Source of the DNA: Histomonas meleagridis 2922-C6/04-290x
Lineage: Eukaryota > Protista > Parabasalia
Direction of reading: 5' to 3'
Assembly (NCBI GenBank): GCA_020184695.1
Contig: JAANOX010000171.1
Span: 26,924 to 90,923, forward strand
Length of the DNA stretch: 64,000 bases
The position numbers were made by a program, and so were the translations under genes. Within the stretch, counting starts at the first letter, position 1. Every line of letters begins with the position of its first letter. A model generated the notes under the pieces. The model did no database searches. It was not told the DNA's origin and saw only the letters and a program-made list of their open reading frames with translations. Positions 33,539-45,530 of the stretch are shown in pieces.

Positions 33539-35880
33539 ATGCAAATAATTTCAGATCTCAGCCAAGAAAATCTTGATTTATCAATTAAACAAACTATGGA
33601 TTTATTTGATTCAAAATATCCATTTACATTTAATCATGTAATTTGTGGTTTAATTTACTCTACTTTCAAATCAATGCGAGATAATAGTGATATATATATA
33701 ATGTATTTGAAGGCAGTTCAAACCAAAGAAGAAGGATTAACACATAACATCCCTAAGCTCCTTGATCAATTTGGTAAGTATATTGTTCGCTTTAAAGAAG
33801 GGGAATCATACTATCTTTTTAATGAAATGATAGAACAACAATTAATTGATGTAAAAATTCTTAAGAATATTCAATCATATTATTTTTTGCATCTTAAAAC
33901 AAACATTTTTGATGACGATCCACTTAGTAAAATAGTGATAAATAATTATGATAAACTTTCGGAAAATAATTGGGAGCTTCATAAGAAATTAATTAAAGAA
34001 GGAATTAATCCAAATGAAATTGCAAAAATAATTCGAAATGACGAAATCGAAAAACTTCAAGAAATATCATCACAAGATGATTTTAATTTTAACCAAACAA
34101 TTAAACCATCACTTTATGAAAGATATTCATTTATTAATCAAGAAAATATTTCATTAATTGATTACGCAGCATTTTTTTGTTCAATACAATGTTTTAAATA
34201 TTTGCTTATGAATGGTGCAAATGTATTTAATGCAGGTAAATATGCAATTACAGGAGGAAACATTGAAATCATTCATTTATCGAACAAAATAATTCATCAT
34301 TTCAAGATGCTTTTGAAACAGCAATTAAATTTCAAAAAAATGATATCTTATCATAAATGACTTCAAATATTTGAAATTTCAACACAATTTATGGAATTTT
34401 TTTAATTTGTTTTTAACAATTTTTATGATTGTAGTTATCAATGGTTATACTGAAATTGTCAGATATCTTCTTAAATATCAAGTTATTGATAGTCATGTTA
34501 AGGATAATATATAATTCAACAATATAAAATTTCTTTGTATTATTTGGAATTTATATATAATGTTTAGTACTGCTTTAATGCATGCAGCATTAAGCGGTCA
34601 TATAGAAATAGTAAAATTATTACTTGAACAAGAAGGAATTGTTATCAATATTGATGATATCTATTTAAACAATTTTGTAACTTATTATAACATTTGATGT
34701 TTTTTCTGATTATTTAAAACACTTTTTATATTAGGCTTATTAAATGGGTATAAAGAAGTTTTTGTATTATATATTAAACGAAAAGGAATTGATGTAAATA
34801 TTCTTTAAAATATTTTGAAAATTCATTGTAATATTTAGAAATTACTTATCAAATTTAATACAGCACTTCTTCTAGCAACATTAAATGGTCGAATTGAAAT
34901 TGTTAAATTACTTCTTAAGCTTGATGGTATAAACATTAATACTAATACTATATATTTAATTCATTTTCATTTTATTTTATCATAATAAAGTCTCAAAATA
35001 ATATTTGGAAAATATTTAAATTATTTTATACAGCACTTATGATTGCATGTGAATTAGATTATATTGAGATTGTTAAATTGCTCCTTGAACAAGAAGGAAT
35101 TGATGTTAATGCTAAAGATATTTATTTGTTCTATTTGAAATTTATTTTAATAATTTGATATTTCAAAATAATATTTGGAAATTATTTAAATTATTTGAAA
35201 CAGCACTTATTTTAGCATCTTATTATGGTCATACAGAAATAGCTAAATTACTTCTTGAACAAGAAGAAATATATATCAATGCTAAAGATATTTATTTGTT
35301 CTATTTGAAATTTATTTTAATAATTTTTTATTTCAAAATAATATTTGGAAATTATTTAAATTATTTGAAACAGCACTTATTTTAGCATCTTCAAATGGTT
35401 ATACAGAAATAGTTAAATTACTACTTGAACAAGAAGGAATTGATATAAATGCTAAAGATATTAATGTTTATAATTTATTTTTGGAATTTATTATTACGAC
35501 TTGAAAGTGAATTGATGAAAGCAAAACATAAAGATAATAATGATATTGTTGGATTAATACTTGAGCAAAATAAGTTTATTCTACAACAAGAAAAATTAGA
35601 CATCAACGATAATGTTTCAACTGATCGTAGAGATAATTTCATACCAAGACATTGTACTTTTGAACAAACTGGATATAAACAAGTACAACATAATAAGTGT
35701 TATAGGTGTAAAACATGTATGTGCAATTACTCAATTTGTGAGGAATGCGCAAAGGTTTGTCATAAGGGACACCAAGTAATTTCAGTGGGTAGTGAAAAAA
35801 TGTTTTGCGGATGCGGAGCAGGTAATTTCGCGTCCCCATGTAAACTAATTTCAAAATGTAAAACTCAAAATAATAAATAA
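33539..35880 (+). CDS. DUF3447-type ankyrin-repeat gene 2 with spacer-split repeats and a C-terminal UBR-box zinc finger (1-nt frameshift near 34280)
   Basis: Paralogous N-terminal domain; ankyrin exons at 34416, 34569, 34719, 34860, 35030, 35200, 35370, 35506; terminal exon CYRCKTC..ICEECAKVCHKGH..FCGCG. Confidence 0.65.
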
Positions 35881-35975
35881 AGATTACATTAATAAGAAAA
35901 AATAAAACAAAAATTTTACTTTTCTTCGTTTCATTATTATTTTTAATTGAAATAAAAAAGTAAATTTATTTGTTT

Positions 35976-36590
35976 TTACCAACCATACATAATAGCAGGA
36001 TTAGATTGCTTAGTGTCGTAGCTTTGGAAGCCATCGCTTCTCTTTTCGCAGCAAACGCGTTTGAACGCAAAGACAATTCCAACAATCAAGAAAATCGAAC
36101 ATATGATTAATATGATAGCAATGATTTTCTGTGCCTTAGAGAAAGTTGCTTCATACGCTTCCTTACATGTTCTTTCAGAAAGTGCTGGTTCATCCCAATA
36201 CTTGCAATCAAAATATTGTTCAAATGAAGAAGCAAAGTCTGGATTATCATTAAACTCACGAGAGACAAATTCTGTAAGGGAAGATGTTATTGCAAAAAGA
36301 ACAATGATATTTAAAACAATATAAATCGTAAAAAATATATAGATTGTTGCAAGAAAACATTTGAGGGATCTATTTGAGGAGAATCCTGCAAACGTTGAAA
36401 ACACGAAAATAACAATAAATATGACCAAAGTAATGATTAAACCTGTTCTAAGTGAATTATAAGAAATGGTTTCTGAAGAATGGTCAAAAATATATAATAA
36501 CATTGAAATTAGTGCAATCATAGATCCCATTGTAATAAGATTTAGTATTGTATAACCAACACCACCAATGTACTTAGAGCAATTCACCAT
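35976..36590 (-). CDS. Tetraspanin-like four-transmembrane protein
   Basis: Three N-terminal TM segments, extracellular loop with FDCKYW...CKE cysteines, fourth TM followed by CC; first ATG at 36590. Confidence 0.7.
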   Translation of the reverse strand: MVNCSKYIGGVGYTILNLITMGSMIALISMLLYIFDHSSETISYNSLRTGLIITLVIFIVIFVFSTFAGFSSNRSLKCFLATIYIFFTIYIVLNIIVLFAITSSLTEFVSREFNDNPDFASSFEQYFDCKYWDEPALSERTCKEAYEATFSKAQKIIAIILIICSIFLIVGIVFAFKRVCCEKRSDGFQSYDTKQSNPAIMYGW

Positions 36591-36873
36591 GTGCACGTGT
36601 ACGTTATTTGCCAAATAACCGTCCGGATGGTATTTTAACGGTCATTTCATGAACGGTGACAATTGTCAAATTTGCAAATTTTTGAAAATGATGTTGAATG
36701 CAACGATACGAATTAATTCAATTTACTTGTTATAATATTAAGAATTTTAAAAGCATTCAAATTTTTGTTGTATCGCATGCGTTATTTTTTATTTCCATAG
36801 AATATTTATAAAAAAGATATTTGTTTATTTGATATTTCAAATTTATATATGAAATTTATTTGCATTTTTTCAA

Positions 36874-37161
36874 ACAGCACTTATTATTGCATGTTCAAAA
36901 GGATATGAAGAAATTGAACTTTTTCTTAAATAAAAAGGAATTCCTTTTTATCTATCGATGGATATTAATGCTAAAGATAACAATGGCAATAAAGCAATAG
37001 ATTTGGCAGGTAAAAATTTTAATAATAAAATTGTGTCATGTATAGAGGCAATTAAATCATCTTTAGGGGAACAAAACATATACTCAAACCCCATCGGAAG
37101 GAGTTTTCCTACAAAAAACAGTAGTAAAAAACAGAATCCGATTTCGTGTAGTGAGTACTAA
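36874..37161 (+). pseudogene. Isolated ankyrin-repeat remnant
   Basis: TALIIACSKGYEEIELFLK* at 36874, preceded by a spacer-like tract; then DINAKDNNGNKAIDLA with a canonical 4-aa linker and no spacer. Confidence 0.55.
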
Positions 37162-37689
37162 TAAATGTGTTTCTTTAATGTAAAACAAAATTCTAGTTTT
37201 ATATAACTCATACGCAAGTGAGTAAACTTTTATCACATCGTACATTCCACCAATTTTATATAAATAAAGAATCTGATGTATTAAAAACATCGAATCATTT
37301 TGTTTCTTTTGTATATGTTTAGTGGATAATATCAATGCTTCTTTCCATTTTCCCTCTAAAACTACTTAAATGATAACATTGTCTTCGTAAATATGTATAT
37401 CAGATTCTGGTGACCTAATACCTTTAAATGTAGTTTATAAAAAAGACATCCATAACAATTTAATTGGTATAACATGAACTTGATCATAATTAATTTGCTA
37501 AAATTCTAATACTAACATTACATCATGCTCATAAAGGGAATTTGTAAAATGTTATGTCAATGGATATTTTTTGCTGTCCTGTAGTGTATGAATTCTAAAT
37601 TGAAACCATCAAAAATATTTTCAAGGAAATTTTAATTAAAAAATTTGAAAAATATTTTTATAATATAAATTTTATTCTACAAATAATAT

Positions 37690-39831
37690 TTATATCGACT
37701 TAATTGCCTTTATCCATTTTTCCAATTGGGGTCCACCACCCAAATCTTCATCTTTAAGTAATTCGCTAAATATTTCTTCGCGTTTATCGCCTTGTAGTAT
37801 AATTTCCACCTGCAAATATTTTGCGCTTAAATTCCAACAATCGTTTATCAAATTCCTTAAATTTCTATTTTCATTTGTATCCAAATTTGGAATTTCCATT
37901 TTAACTTTCGAAATTTCATTTACATCGAAAGTATTCTCCAAGAAGTCAATATTTACATTATTACTTATCCATATATAAATTCTATCAAACGTATGAACTA
38001 AGAAACAATTTCCTTCGGCAAATGATTGTTTCGTTAATGGCACAATCATAAACCCATCGATTTTATCCACGACAAACATTCGCGGATATAAATATAATAA
38101 CAAATCAATTATATTAATCGAACGTAATCTAATTAATTCCGACATTCGTCCGTCGGAACCGAATTTATGTTTTAATGAACGCATTGATGTACTATATAAC
38201 AATGAATGAACCAAATGATATAATGAAACAAATGTTTTATCATTTGTGGAGAATATTTGTGAAATATCAATGTTTAATTGTGACGTATTAATACCTTTCG
38301 ATAATGTTAAACTTATGAATCGTTTCGTAATCAAATTAATTAATGATGATTCATTAATATATCGATATACGTCATATAAATTAGTCGTCGTTATACAATT
38401 AAATGTAAATACACGAATCATTCGTCGACTATTAATGTCTGTATATATCATCCCAACTTGAAAAGTAATGTTCTTCGGTAAATTTCCTTGGATTTCAATC
38501 TCAAATGTGATCGAGTCTTCTTTCGAAATGATCGGAAATGATATTAATGTGTTTCGTAAGATACAATTCGTATGTTGACGAAAAACTTTGAGACCATTCG
38601 TACAGCGTAATCGTAATGTACAATCATATAAATATTTGTTGGTTAACGTGTGATATATTTCCGAATTCATTTTCTGGCGTTGGAATTCATTAAAGTCTTC
38701 GTAATGATGAATTTGACCGCATGTTAGTCCAGAAGGAATCGCTAAAGTGGAAATATCAGAGTATTCAGCACCCGCTGTGAAGACATGAACAGATACATTC
38801 GCATTGTTAAGTGATATCGCAACGTCTCTATAAAATTTACCACTTCCATCCGGTGGTGATTTAAGTAATGAACTTTCATCAGTCGCTGCACGTGGTCGTA
38901 ACAAATGAATTCCATATTGAGGCATACGTGTGAATCCGGAAATGATTATGCCGCCGTTACCATTGAGTAATTTATTTGCCAATAAATATGCCGACCCTAA
39001 ACAATGCCCATGAACACTCTCAGAGGGAACAGTGTTTAGTAATGAGTCGATTATGCTCAAGAATGACTCCGAACAGTTGGGTTTGAGCGGAAATAGATTT
39101 GTAAATTTGATTGAAAATGGTGGATCAGTGACATCAGGAATAACATATTCGGTACAAGTTTGAAGATCAAAGATGGATACATGCGTGCTCATGGTCATTA
39201 GACCTATATGATATTTATCTGGAATTGATGGAAATGCTGCCTTGATTGAACTAAGAAATTGGGACGTAAAACCTATAGAATAAGTAGGGTAAGACATGTC
39301 GATTAAAAATAAGAAAAGTGGTTCTGATCGAATTTTGATATAATTTTGGGGAGCAATAACATCATAAACTGATAATGAAAATTCTGGTTGCGAACCAAAT
39401 GGTATATGAGTTTTGTCTGTTATTTCATTAGGTTTACCACAAATGCCACAATTCCAAGTTTTACCATCATTTGATACTTTGCAATTTGGACAAAGGTATC
39501 CATGACAATTAAAACACCTAGGAACTTTGTCTTGTGAGTGATCAATTTCTTCAACACTTTCAACAAGAGCTGGGCGTAAAACCAATCCAAACGGAAATTT
39601 GCATTGTTTAGTAGTATCACGATTTGCAGGAAAAGCTTGTGTTACTGTTCTGAAATAAGGTGGTTGTGGTGATACTCCAGGAGGTGTTGCAGAATCCAGT
39701 ATTTTTGGATTTGCCCATGGAAATGTAATTCCTACTGCTTGAGTTTGAACTGCATTTTCGTAGTTAGGTGATTGGGGAACTGTTGGTGGCTGTGTTGCCT
39801 CCATCTCAGGATTTCTATATCTCCTTGCCAT
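37690..39831 (-). CDS. SEC24: Sec24-family COPII coat subunit
   Basis: PFGLVLRP, zinc finger RCFNC...WNCGIC, trunk FLFLIDMS, beta-sandwich LRLRCTNGL, helical domain and gelsolin-like C-terminus; first ATG at 39831. Confidence 0.9.
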   Translation of the reverse strand: MARRYRNPEMEATQPPTVPQSPNYENAVQTQAVGITFPWANPKILDSATPPGVSPQPPYFRTVTQAFPANRDTTKQCKFPFGLVLRPALVESVEEIDHSQDKVPRCFNCHGYLCPNCKVSNDGKTWNCGICGKPNEITDKTHIPFGSQPEFSLSVYDVIAPQNYIKIRSEPLFLFLIDMSYPTYSIGFTSQFLSSIKAAFPSIPDKYHIGLMTMSTHVSIFDLQTCTEYVIPDVTDPPFSIKFTNLFPLKPNCSESFLSIIDSLLNTVPSESVHGHCLGSAYLLANKLLNGNGGIIISGFTRMPQYGIHLLRPRAATDESSLLKSPPDGSGKFYRDVAISLNNANVSVHVFTAGAEYSDISTLAIPSGLTCGQIHHYEDFNEFQRQKMNSEIYHTLTNKYLYDCTLRLRCTNGLKVFRQHTNCILRNTLISFPIISKEDSITFEIEIQGNLPKNITFQVGMIYTDINSRRMIRVFTFNCITTTNLYDVYRYINESSLINLITKRFISLTLSKGINTSQLNIDISQIFSTNDKTFVSLYHLVHSLLYSTSMRSLKHKFGSDGRMSELIRLRSINIIDLLLYLYPRMFVVDKIDGFMIVPLTKQSFAEGNCFLVHTFDRIYIWISNNVNIDFLENTFDVNEISKVKMEIPNLDTNENRNLRNLINDCWNLSAKYLQVEIILQGDKREEIFSELLKDEDLGGGPQLEKWIKAIKSI

Positions 39832-40142
39832 TTGAAATGTACCCAAAGTCAAAAACCGTATTTTTATTCGAATGCAAAAAAATTGTCCAAATCAGAGAAT
39901 GAATGATTCCTTTCTTCTAGCAAATAAATTACCAAAAATTTTTGATTTCTTTCTTCCTTTTTCGTTTTGCTTTAGTTATGGAATCAAATTAAATTAATGA
40001 GATCTAATTTAAAAAAAATTGTAGTTAAATATTGCGTTTTTCAAAACATCGTCAATGTATTAAAGACATGAAACTTCGAAATCAAATACAGATTGGAAAG
40101 AGCTTGAATGTTTTTTTTTTGGAGCAATTTTGTCACTTTTTT

Positions 40143-42206
40143 ATGTATGGGTTCGAAGACGTAACACTCGAATTTATTGATAAGTTACGCAATGTTCAAA
40201 ACTACCTTAAATGTGATTCTGCATTTTCTGAATTGGAAGACTTTTACATCCAAGAAAATAGTTTAGTAACAGAATCATTTTATGATGAAAGAAAATACGA
40301 GCTCAAATATTTTTATACCATGATATTTTTCTTATTCCAGTTTCCAGAGCAATCTAGTGATCCAAATTTTGTTTCACTTTATAAATCATTTTATATTAAT
40401 AAAGCAAAAGGTAAAGGTATCCAACTACCAGATATCTATGAGCTCACAAATGATTGCTTATCACAAACCAATCAATATAGTTCTAGTATAAGGGATATAT
40501 TAACATTCAGTTTTATCCCATCATTTGTCGATTTTTTTCTTACAGATTATGGGTGCAAACTTTATATAGATATTCTTAAACGGTATAAGAATGATACAAA
40601 GAAGTTTAATTGTTTAGCTCGTGGTGTTTTTTTCTCACCATTCTTTTTGAATTTTGTATCTAATGTCTTTTTACCAATTCTATCTCCGATTCTCGATCAA
40701 CGTGAGCCTCCGGATCAAGAAAGTATCATAAGCGCCCTTAAACGTCGATGGAATTCTCATCTTCATCTTCTTCATCCAATAATTCGTGATGTACTTAATG
40801 AATCAAAGAATCCTGCAAGAACTTTATCCGAAAGTTTCTTTGAAATTGCTTTGACTATTCCAACAAATTCGAGATTTTCGTATACATTTGCAAATGTTTC
40901 TTTACTTATTGATTTCTTTCAAAAACCAACGGAAAGCTTTCTTCAGTTCCTTCGTAATTTTCTTACATATAAGTCAAAAGATTGTGTTCTCGGCGATTTT
41001 TTATTTAACGAAAGATTAAACGTAAAATTTGATTTTGAGCCGATAACCGCCGACCTCACAAAAATATTTTTAAACGTGCAAAAAACCGTTCTATCGGCAG
41101 TCGACTTTTCCGTTATAAACGTTCGTCTTTGTAACAGTACTTTTGTGTTTCAGCCACAATTTTTCCTTGCTGAAGATGTAAAACGTTGTGAGAACAAGGA
41201 TAATGACCCTAATAATGCAACTGTTAATGCTGAAAGTAAAAAGATGGAAAATGCTCTGGGACATCTTCTTTTCTTATCTGATAAAATACCAGTCTTTAAA
41301 GAAGCCCCAAGCCTTGACATTGAATCCTTTATTTTAGAGTATCTTGTTAATCGAGGTCCATTAGAAACATATTCTAATCGCTGCTCATGTAATGAAGCCT
41401 TAAGCATCACCAATTTTGATCGAATTGGTGATCTTTTGGATAAACTAGAAGCAGTTTGTATTCAGCACAAGAACAAAACGCGATTTCCAAATCTTAATTT
41501 TTTACAAGAAATAAATACCCAAATACAAATCATCACCTCAACCTTAAAGCCAATGAGCAAACAATTGTATTCATTATTGTTATACAATGAACTCAAACAT
41601 ATGCTTCCGAGTACAGTATCTGATCTTCAAATCCAAAATCAAGTCGAACTTAATGCACAATTCGACAACTTTTATGGCTCATTAGCCCCCAAATTCAAAG
41701 GCCGTCAAACCTATTTGCCAAAAGTTCTATATTCGATACTCACCGAAAATATTCGATTTGATGAATACACTAACCAACATCCAGAACTTACTGAAGTTGA
41801 TCGAAAGATCAAAGGATACTATAGAGAGCATTTATCTGAGGTTCTTCAAGACAAATACTATGGTCTAGCGAAAGATATCAAAGATAACGAAGAAATAATG
41901 GAGCTGATAAAGTACGCAGTGAGCGAAAACAGCCCATTGCGCATGCACAACGCGCTTATTGAGATCATAAATAAAGCAAATATTTTATTGCACGAAATTG
42001 ATACAGGCGCAGGTGAAGATCAAAGGCTACCATTTAACATAGCAATGTTCGCACAGGCTGCGGTGTATATGGACAACATTCGACTGGGTTCATGCTACAC
42101 GTTCTTGAATGAGTTTTGTGACAATGAGATGTCAAAAAAGGTCTTCCCACAAATAAATTCTTTGATGTCACCACTGAAAGTGGTTATGAACTCTGCTAGC
42201 AAATGA
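40143..42206 (+). CDS. Uncharacterised 687-aa protein, possible degenerate C-terminal VPS9 (Rab5-GEF) domain
   Basis: Long intact ORF; C-terminal NSPLRMHNAL...GAGEDQRLPF...LGSCYTFLNEF resembles the VPS9 SP.K...GADDLLP...L.S...YI pattern. Confidence 0.45.
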   Translation: MYGFEDVTLEFIDKLRNVQNYLKCDSAFSELEDFYIQENSLVTESFYDERKYELKYFYTMIFFLFQFPEQSSDPNFVSLYKSFYINKAKGKGIQLPDIYELTNDCLSQTNQYSSSIRDILTFSFIPSFVDFFLTDYGCKLYIDILKRYKNDTKKFNCLARGVFFSPFFLNFVSNVFLPILSPILDQREPPDQESIISALKRRWNSHLHLLHPIIRDVLNESKNPARTLSESFFEIALTIPTNSRFSYTFANVSLLIDFFQKPTESFLQFLRNFLTYKSKDCVLGDFLFNERLNVKFDFEPITADLTKIFLNVQKTVLSAVDFSVINVRLCNSTFVFQPQFFLAEDVKRCENKDNDPNNATVNAESKKMENALGHLLFLSDKIPVFKEAPSLDIESFILEYLVNRGPLETYSNRCSCNEALSITNFDRIGDLLDKLEAVCIQHKNKTRFPNLNFLQEINTQIQIITSTLKPMSKQLYSLLLYNELKHMLPSTVSDLQIQNQVELNAQFDNFYGSLAPKFKGRQTYLPKVLYSILTENIRFDEYTNQHPELTEVDRKIKGYYREHLSEVLQDKYYGLAKDIKDNEEIMELIKYAVSENSPLRMHNALIEIINKANILLHEIDTGAGEDQRLPFNIAMFAQAAVYMDNIRLGSCYTFLNEFCDNEMSKKVFPQINSLMSPLKVVMNSASK

Positions 42207-42357
42207 TTATTAAATACTTTGATTCGTTTTGGCTGGAAAATTTTATGAAATTTTGGGGAGAATTTTGTTAAAATTTTTATTGCATTACTCACATCGGTTT
42301 TAATTAATTGTGTAAGAAGGTTAAAAATATGATATTTTATGTTTATCTCAAACCATT

Positions 42358-44764
42358 TTGTTGCAGGAGTTATTCAATTATTTTGGTGTCACCCAATTGA
42401 ATATTTCATTTCCAAATACATTAGTTACTATTAATGTTTATGCTTTTGGTTCATGTTCGAACTTAACATCTATTATTATTCCAAATTCAGTAACACAAGT
42501 CGGTGATTATGCATTCGTTTCATGTTCCTCTTTACATTCTGTTGTAATTGGGGAAAATGTCGAAAATATTGATAAAACTTCCTTTGAAAAATGTTCTGCT
42601 TTGCAAAATATTACAATTCTTTGTCCATATATAAAAACAATTGTAACTAATCTAAAAAATATTGAAAATGTAATCATAGGTGATGGAATACCAAAAATTG
42701 AAATGAATATCTTTAAAATCCTTCAAAATTTAAAAACTGTTATTGTTGGAAATAGGACAACATTACTAGACATCGAAGCATTTAAAGAATGTGGATCTTT
42801 GAAAAGTATCATACTTCCTGATACATTGACGACAATAATGTGTTCGATTGTTGTTATTCTTTAGAATCAGTTATTTTTGGGAATAATGTAACTACAATTG
42901 GCGATTATGCATTTTATATATGTATAAATGTTTACAGTAATAATTATTCCAGATAAAGTTACTTATATTTGCGATCATACCTTTAGTTATTGCTATAATA
43001 TAACAAATTTAATTATTCCAAATTCAGTAAACTCAATTGGTGAATATGCTTTCATGTTTTGTCCTTTAGTAACACTTACGATTGGAAGTAGTGTACAAGA
43101 AATTGGTTCAAATGCATTTTATCATAATAATATTTTAAACATTACTATTCTTACTCCATATATGTCAATGAAACAGATAGTGGAATATTGTGGTAAGAAA
43201 ACATTAGAAAATGTTATAATTGGAAATGATGTTACAGTAATAGATGATTCTGCATTTGATTCATTTCAGAATATAAAAATGCTTATCATTGGAAATAAAG
43301 TAGAAAAAATTGGTTATTATGCATTTCGTAACTGTGAAAATCTGAAATGTATTACAATTCCAAATTCAGTTATCAAAATTGGTGATTATGCTATTCAAAG
43401 ATGTTATTCATTAGAAACATTAACTATCGGATGTAATGTTAGTATGATTGGTGAAAGATCATTGGAATCAAATTCCAATTTAACAAATATTGCAATCCTT
43501 AGTCCATATATATCAATAAAACTAGTAGTTTCCTCATATAAAAAGACATTGACAACTGTTATCATTGGTAATAATGTAACAACAATCGATGATGATGCAT
43601 TTTCTGGGTTTTATACCTTAAAAGAAATTAATATTGGAAATAAAGTAGAAATAATTGGCGAAAATGTAAAATCAATTGATAATTATGCATTTATGCTCTG
43701 TACAAATTTGCATTGTATTAATTATTATGGTGAAGTTGAACCTCGTTATAAAGATAATGCTTTCTATCAAACAAACATTTATAAGCCTTTAATGCAAATA
43801 TTAACTGTTAGATTTCCAACTGAGGTTAATCCTATCAAACGATCTATGGGTCCACTTGCTATAATTATTTGTCCAACACGCGAACTTTGTCTTCAAACAT
43901 ATTCAGTCATTCATAAGATGAATTCAATTATTAATTTTATTGTTGCCGGTATTTTAATTGGTGGTGAAAAAGTTAATACAGAAAAGAAACGTATTCGAAA
44001 AGGTATTAATATTTTAATTACTACACCATCACGCTTTTTATATCATCTTCATAACACGCAAAATTTCAAATCTTTTCCAAATTTACAATTTTTAGTTTTA
44101 GATGAAGCCGATCGTTTATTAGATTTAGGATTTTTCAAACCCATTACAGAAATTATTGAATCGTTACCACCACGACAAACTATTCTTATCTCAGCCACAT
44201 TAACAGAAGACCTTAAAGCGTTAACAAATTTATCATTAAACGATCCCATTACAATTGGAGTTCATACAGAAAACCAAAAAGATTTTTCAATTCCACCACA
44301 ACTACAACAAAGATATCTTCTTGTTGATATTCGCCAACGATTAGTAATGTTAGCATTATTATTACGATTAGAAATAACGAATGCACGAAGACGACATACT
44401 GGGATGAAAAGTATAGTATTTATTAATACATGTGATTCAGTTGATTTCCATTATCACTTTTTTAGTTTCTTTGATTTTAAAACAGATGCAGAACGTGGAC
44501 ATGTTCCACGATTACAATATAATGAAATGCAGAAACGAAACAAACAAGAAGCCACGATTATTGATATCCCAAAAAGATAAATTGGATAAAGGTGCGTTAC
44601 TTGATTCGTTTTGTATTAAGGAAACACCAAGTGAAATATCAAATGAAAGAAAAGAAATGAGAAAATTAATGAAAAGATTAAAAACGCCAAGACAAATCAT
44701 TGACGAAACAATGTTATTATTACCTGAAAATGCTTATGAAAATAAAGTGTCCGAATTTATATAA
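42358..44764 (+). pseudogene. BspA-like (TpLRR) leucine-rich repeats fused in frame to a truncated DDX31/DBP7-like DEAD-box helicase; frameshifted
   Basis: T.IG..AF..C..L..I.IP.SV repeats from 42358 to ~43770; then CPTRELC, GGEK..EKKRIRKGINILITTPSR, DEADRLLDLGF, SAT; Q motif, motif I and C-terminal motifs IV-VI absent; frame breaks near 42860, 42925 and 44580. Confidence 0.75.
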
Positions 44765-45530
44765 AAAAATGATTTTTAGTAAAATAATAAAAAAGAATAT
44801 TTTTGACACTTTTATTTATTTAATTAAGAAAAATAATTTTTATAAATTTATGTCATTTTATAATTTATTAGTAGGTCGGTAAATATATTGTTATAATAAT
44901 TAATTAAATGAATTAAGTTTAAAAAGTTTTGCATAGTATTCATATAGTAATTTGCAGATTGTTATATATGTTAAGGGAAAATTTTTATGATATATTTTTT
45001 TAATAAAAAGAGTGATCACTAAAGAATAAACCAAAAAATATTTATATAATTAATTGTATAATAATATTTAATCACAAATATATATAAAATGAAAGTTATA
45101 ATATCGTTGTAATTAATGTAACATTTCTTATTAATTAATATAAAAACATATTCCATAAAGCAATGGTTTTATTGTTTGGTTAAAATCAAAATCATTTTGT
45201 GATGATATTTCTCAATAAAATTCTATAAAAAATATAAATTATATTTCTTTCTTTCAAATATTTATGATAATCTTAACGTTCGTCGCATTTCTTAATTTTA
45301 CAAATTTATAAAAACGGTTAAATCGCATCAAATGATTTTGATGTTCTAATTAAATTTTTTTAAATTCCTTTAAAATGCATCATATTCTTACAGCTCCTTA
45401 TGAAATCATCTTTGATTTAAATGATGATAACATAGAATATTCAGTTCAGCAAACAATCAAATTATTAAATACTGATTATCAATATTCGTTTAATTATATT
45501 ATAATTCAATAGATTTATTCTGCATATCAC

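Noticed and set aside
44770-45330. Extremely AT-rich tract as a centromere or origin
   Set aside because: No periodicity or distinctive structure visible; consistent with decayed intergenic DNA.
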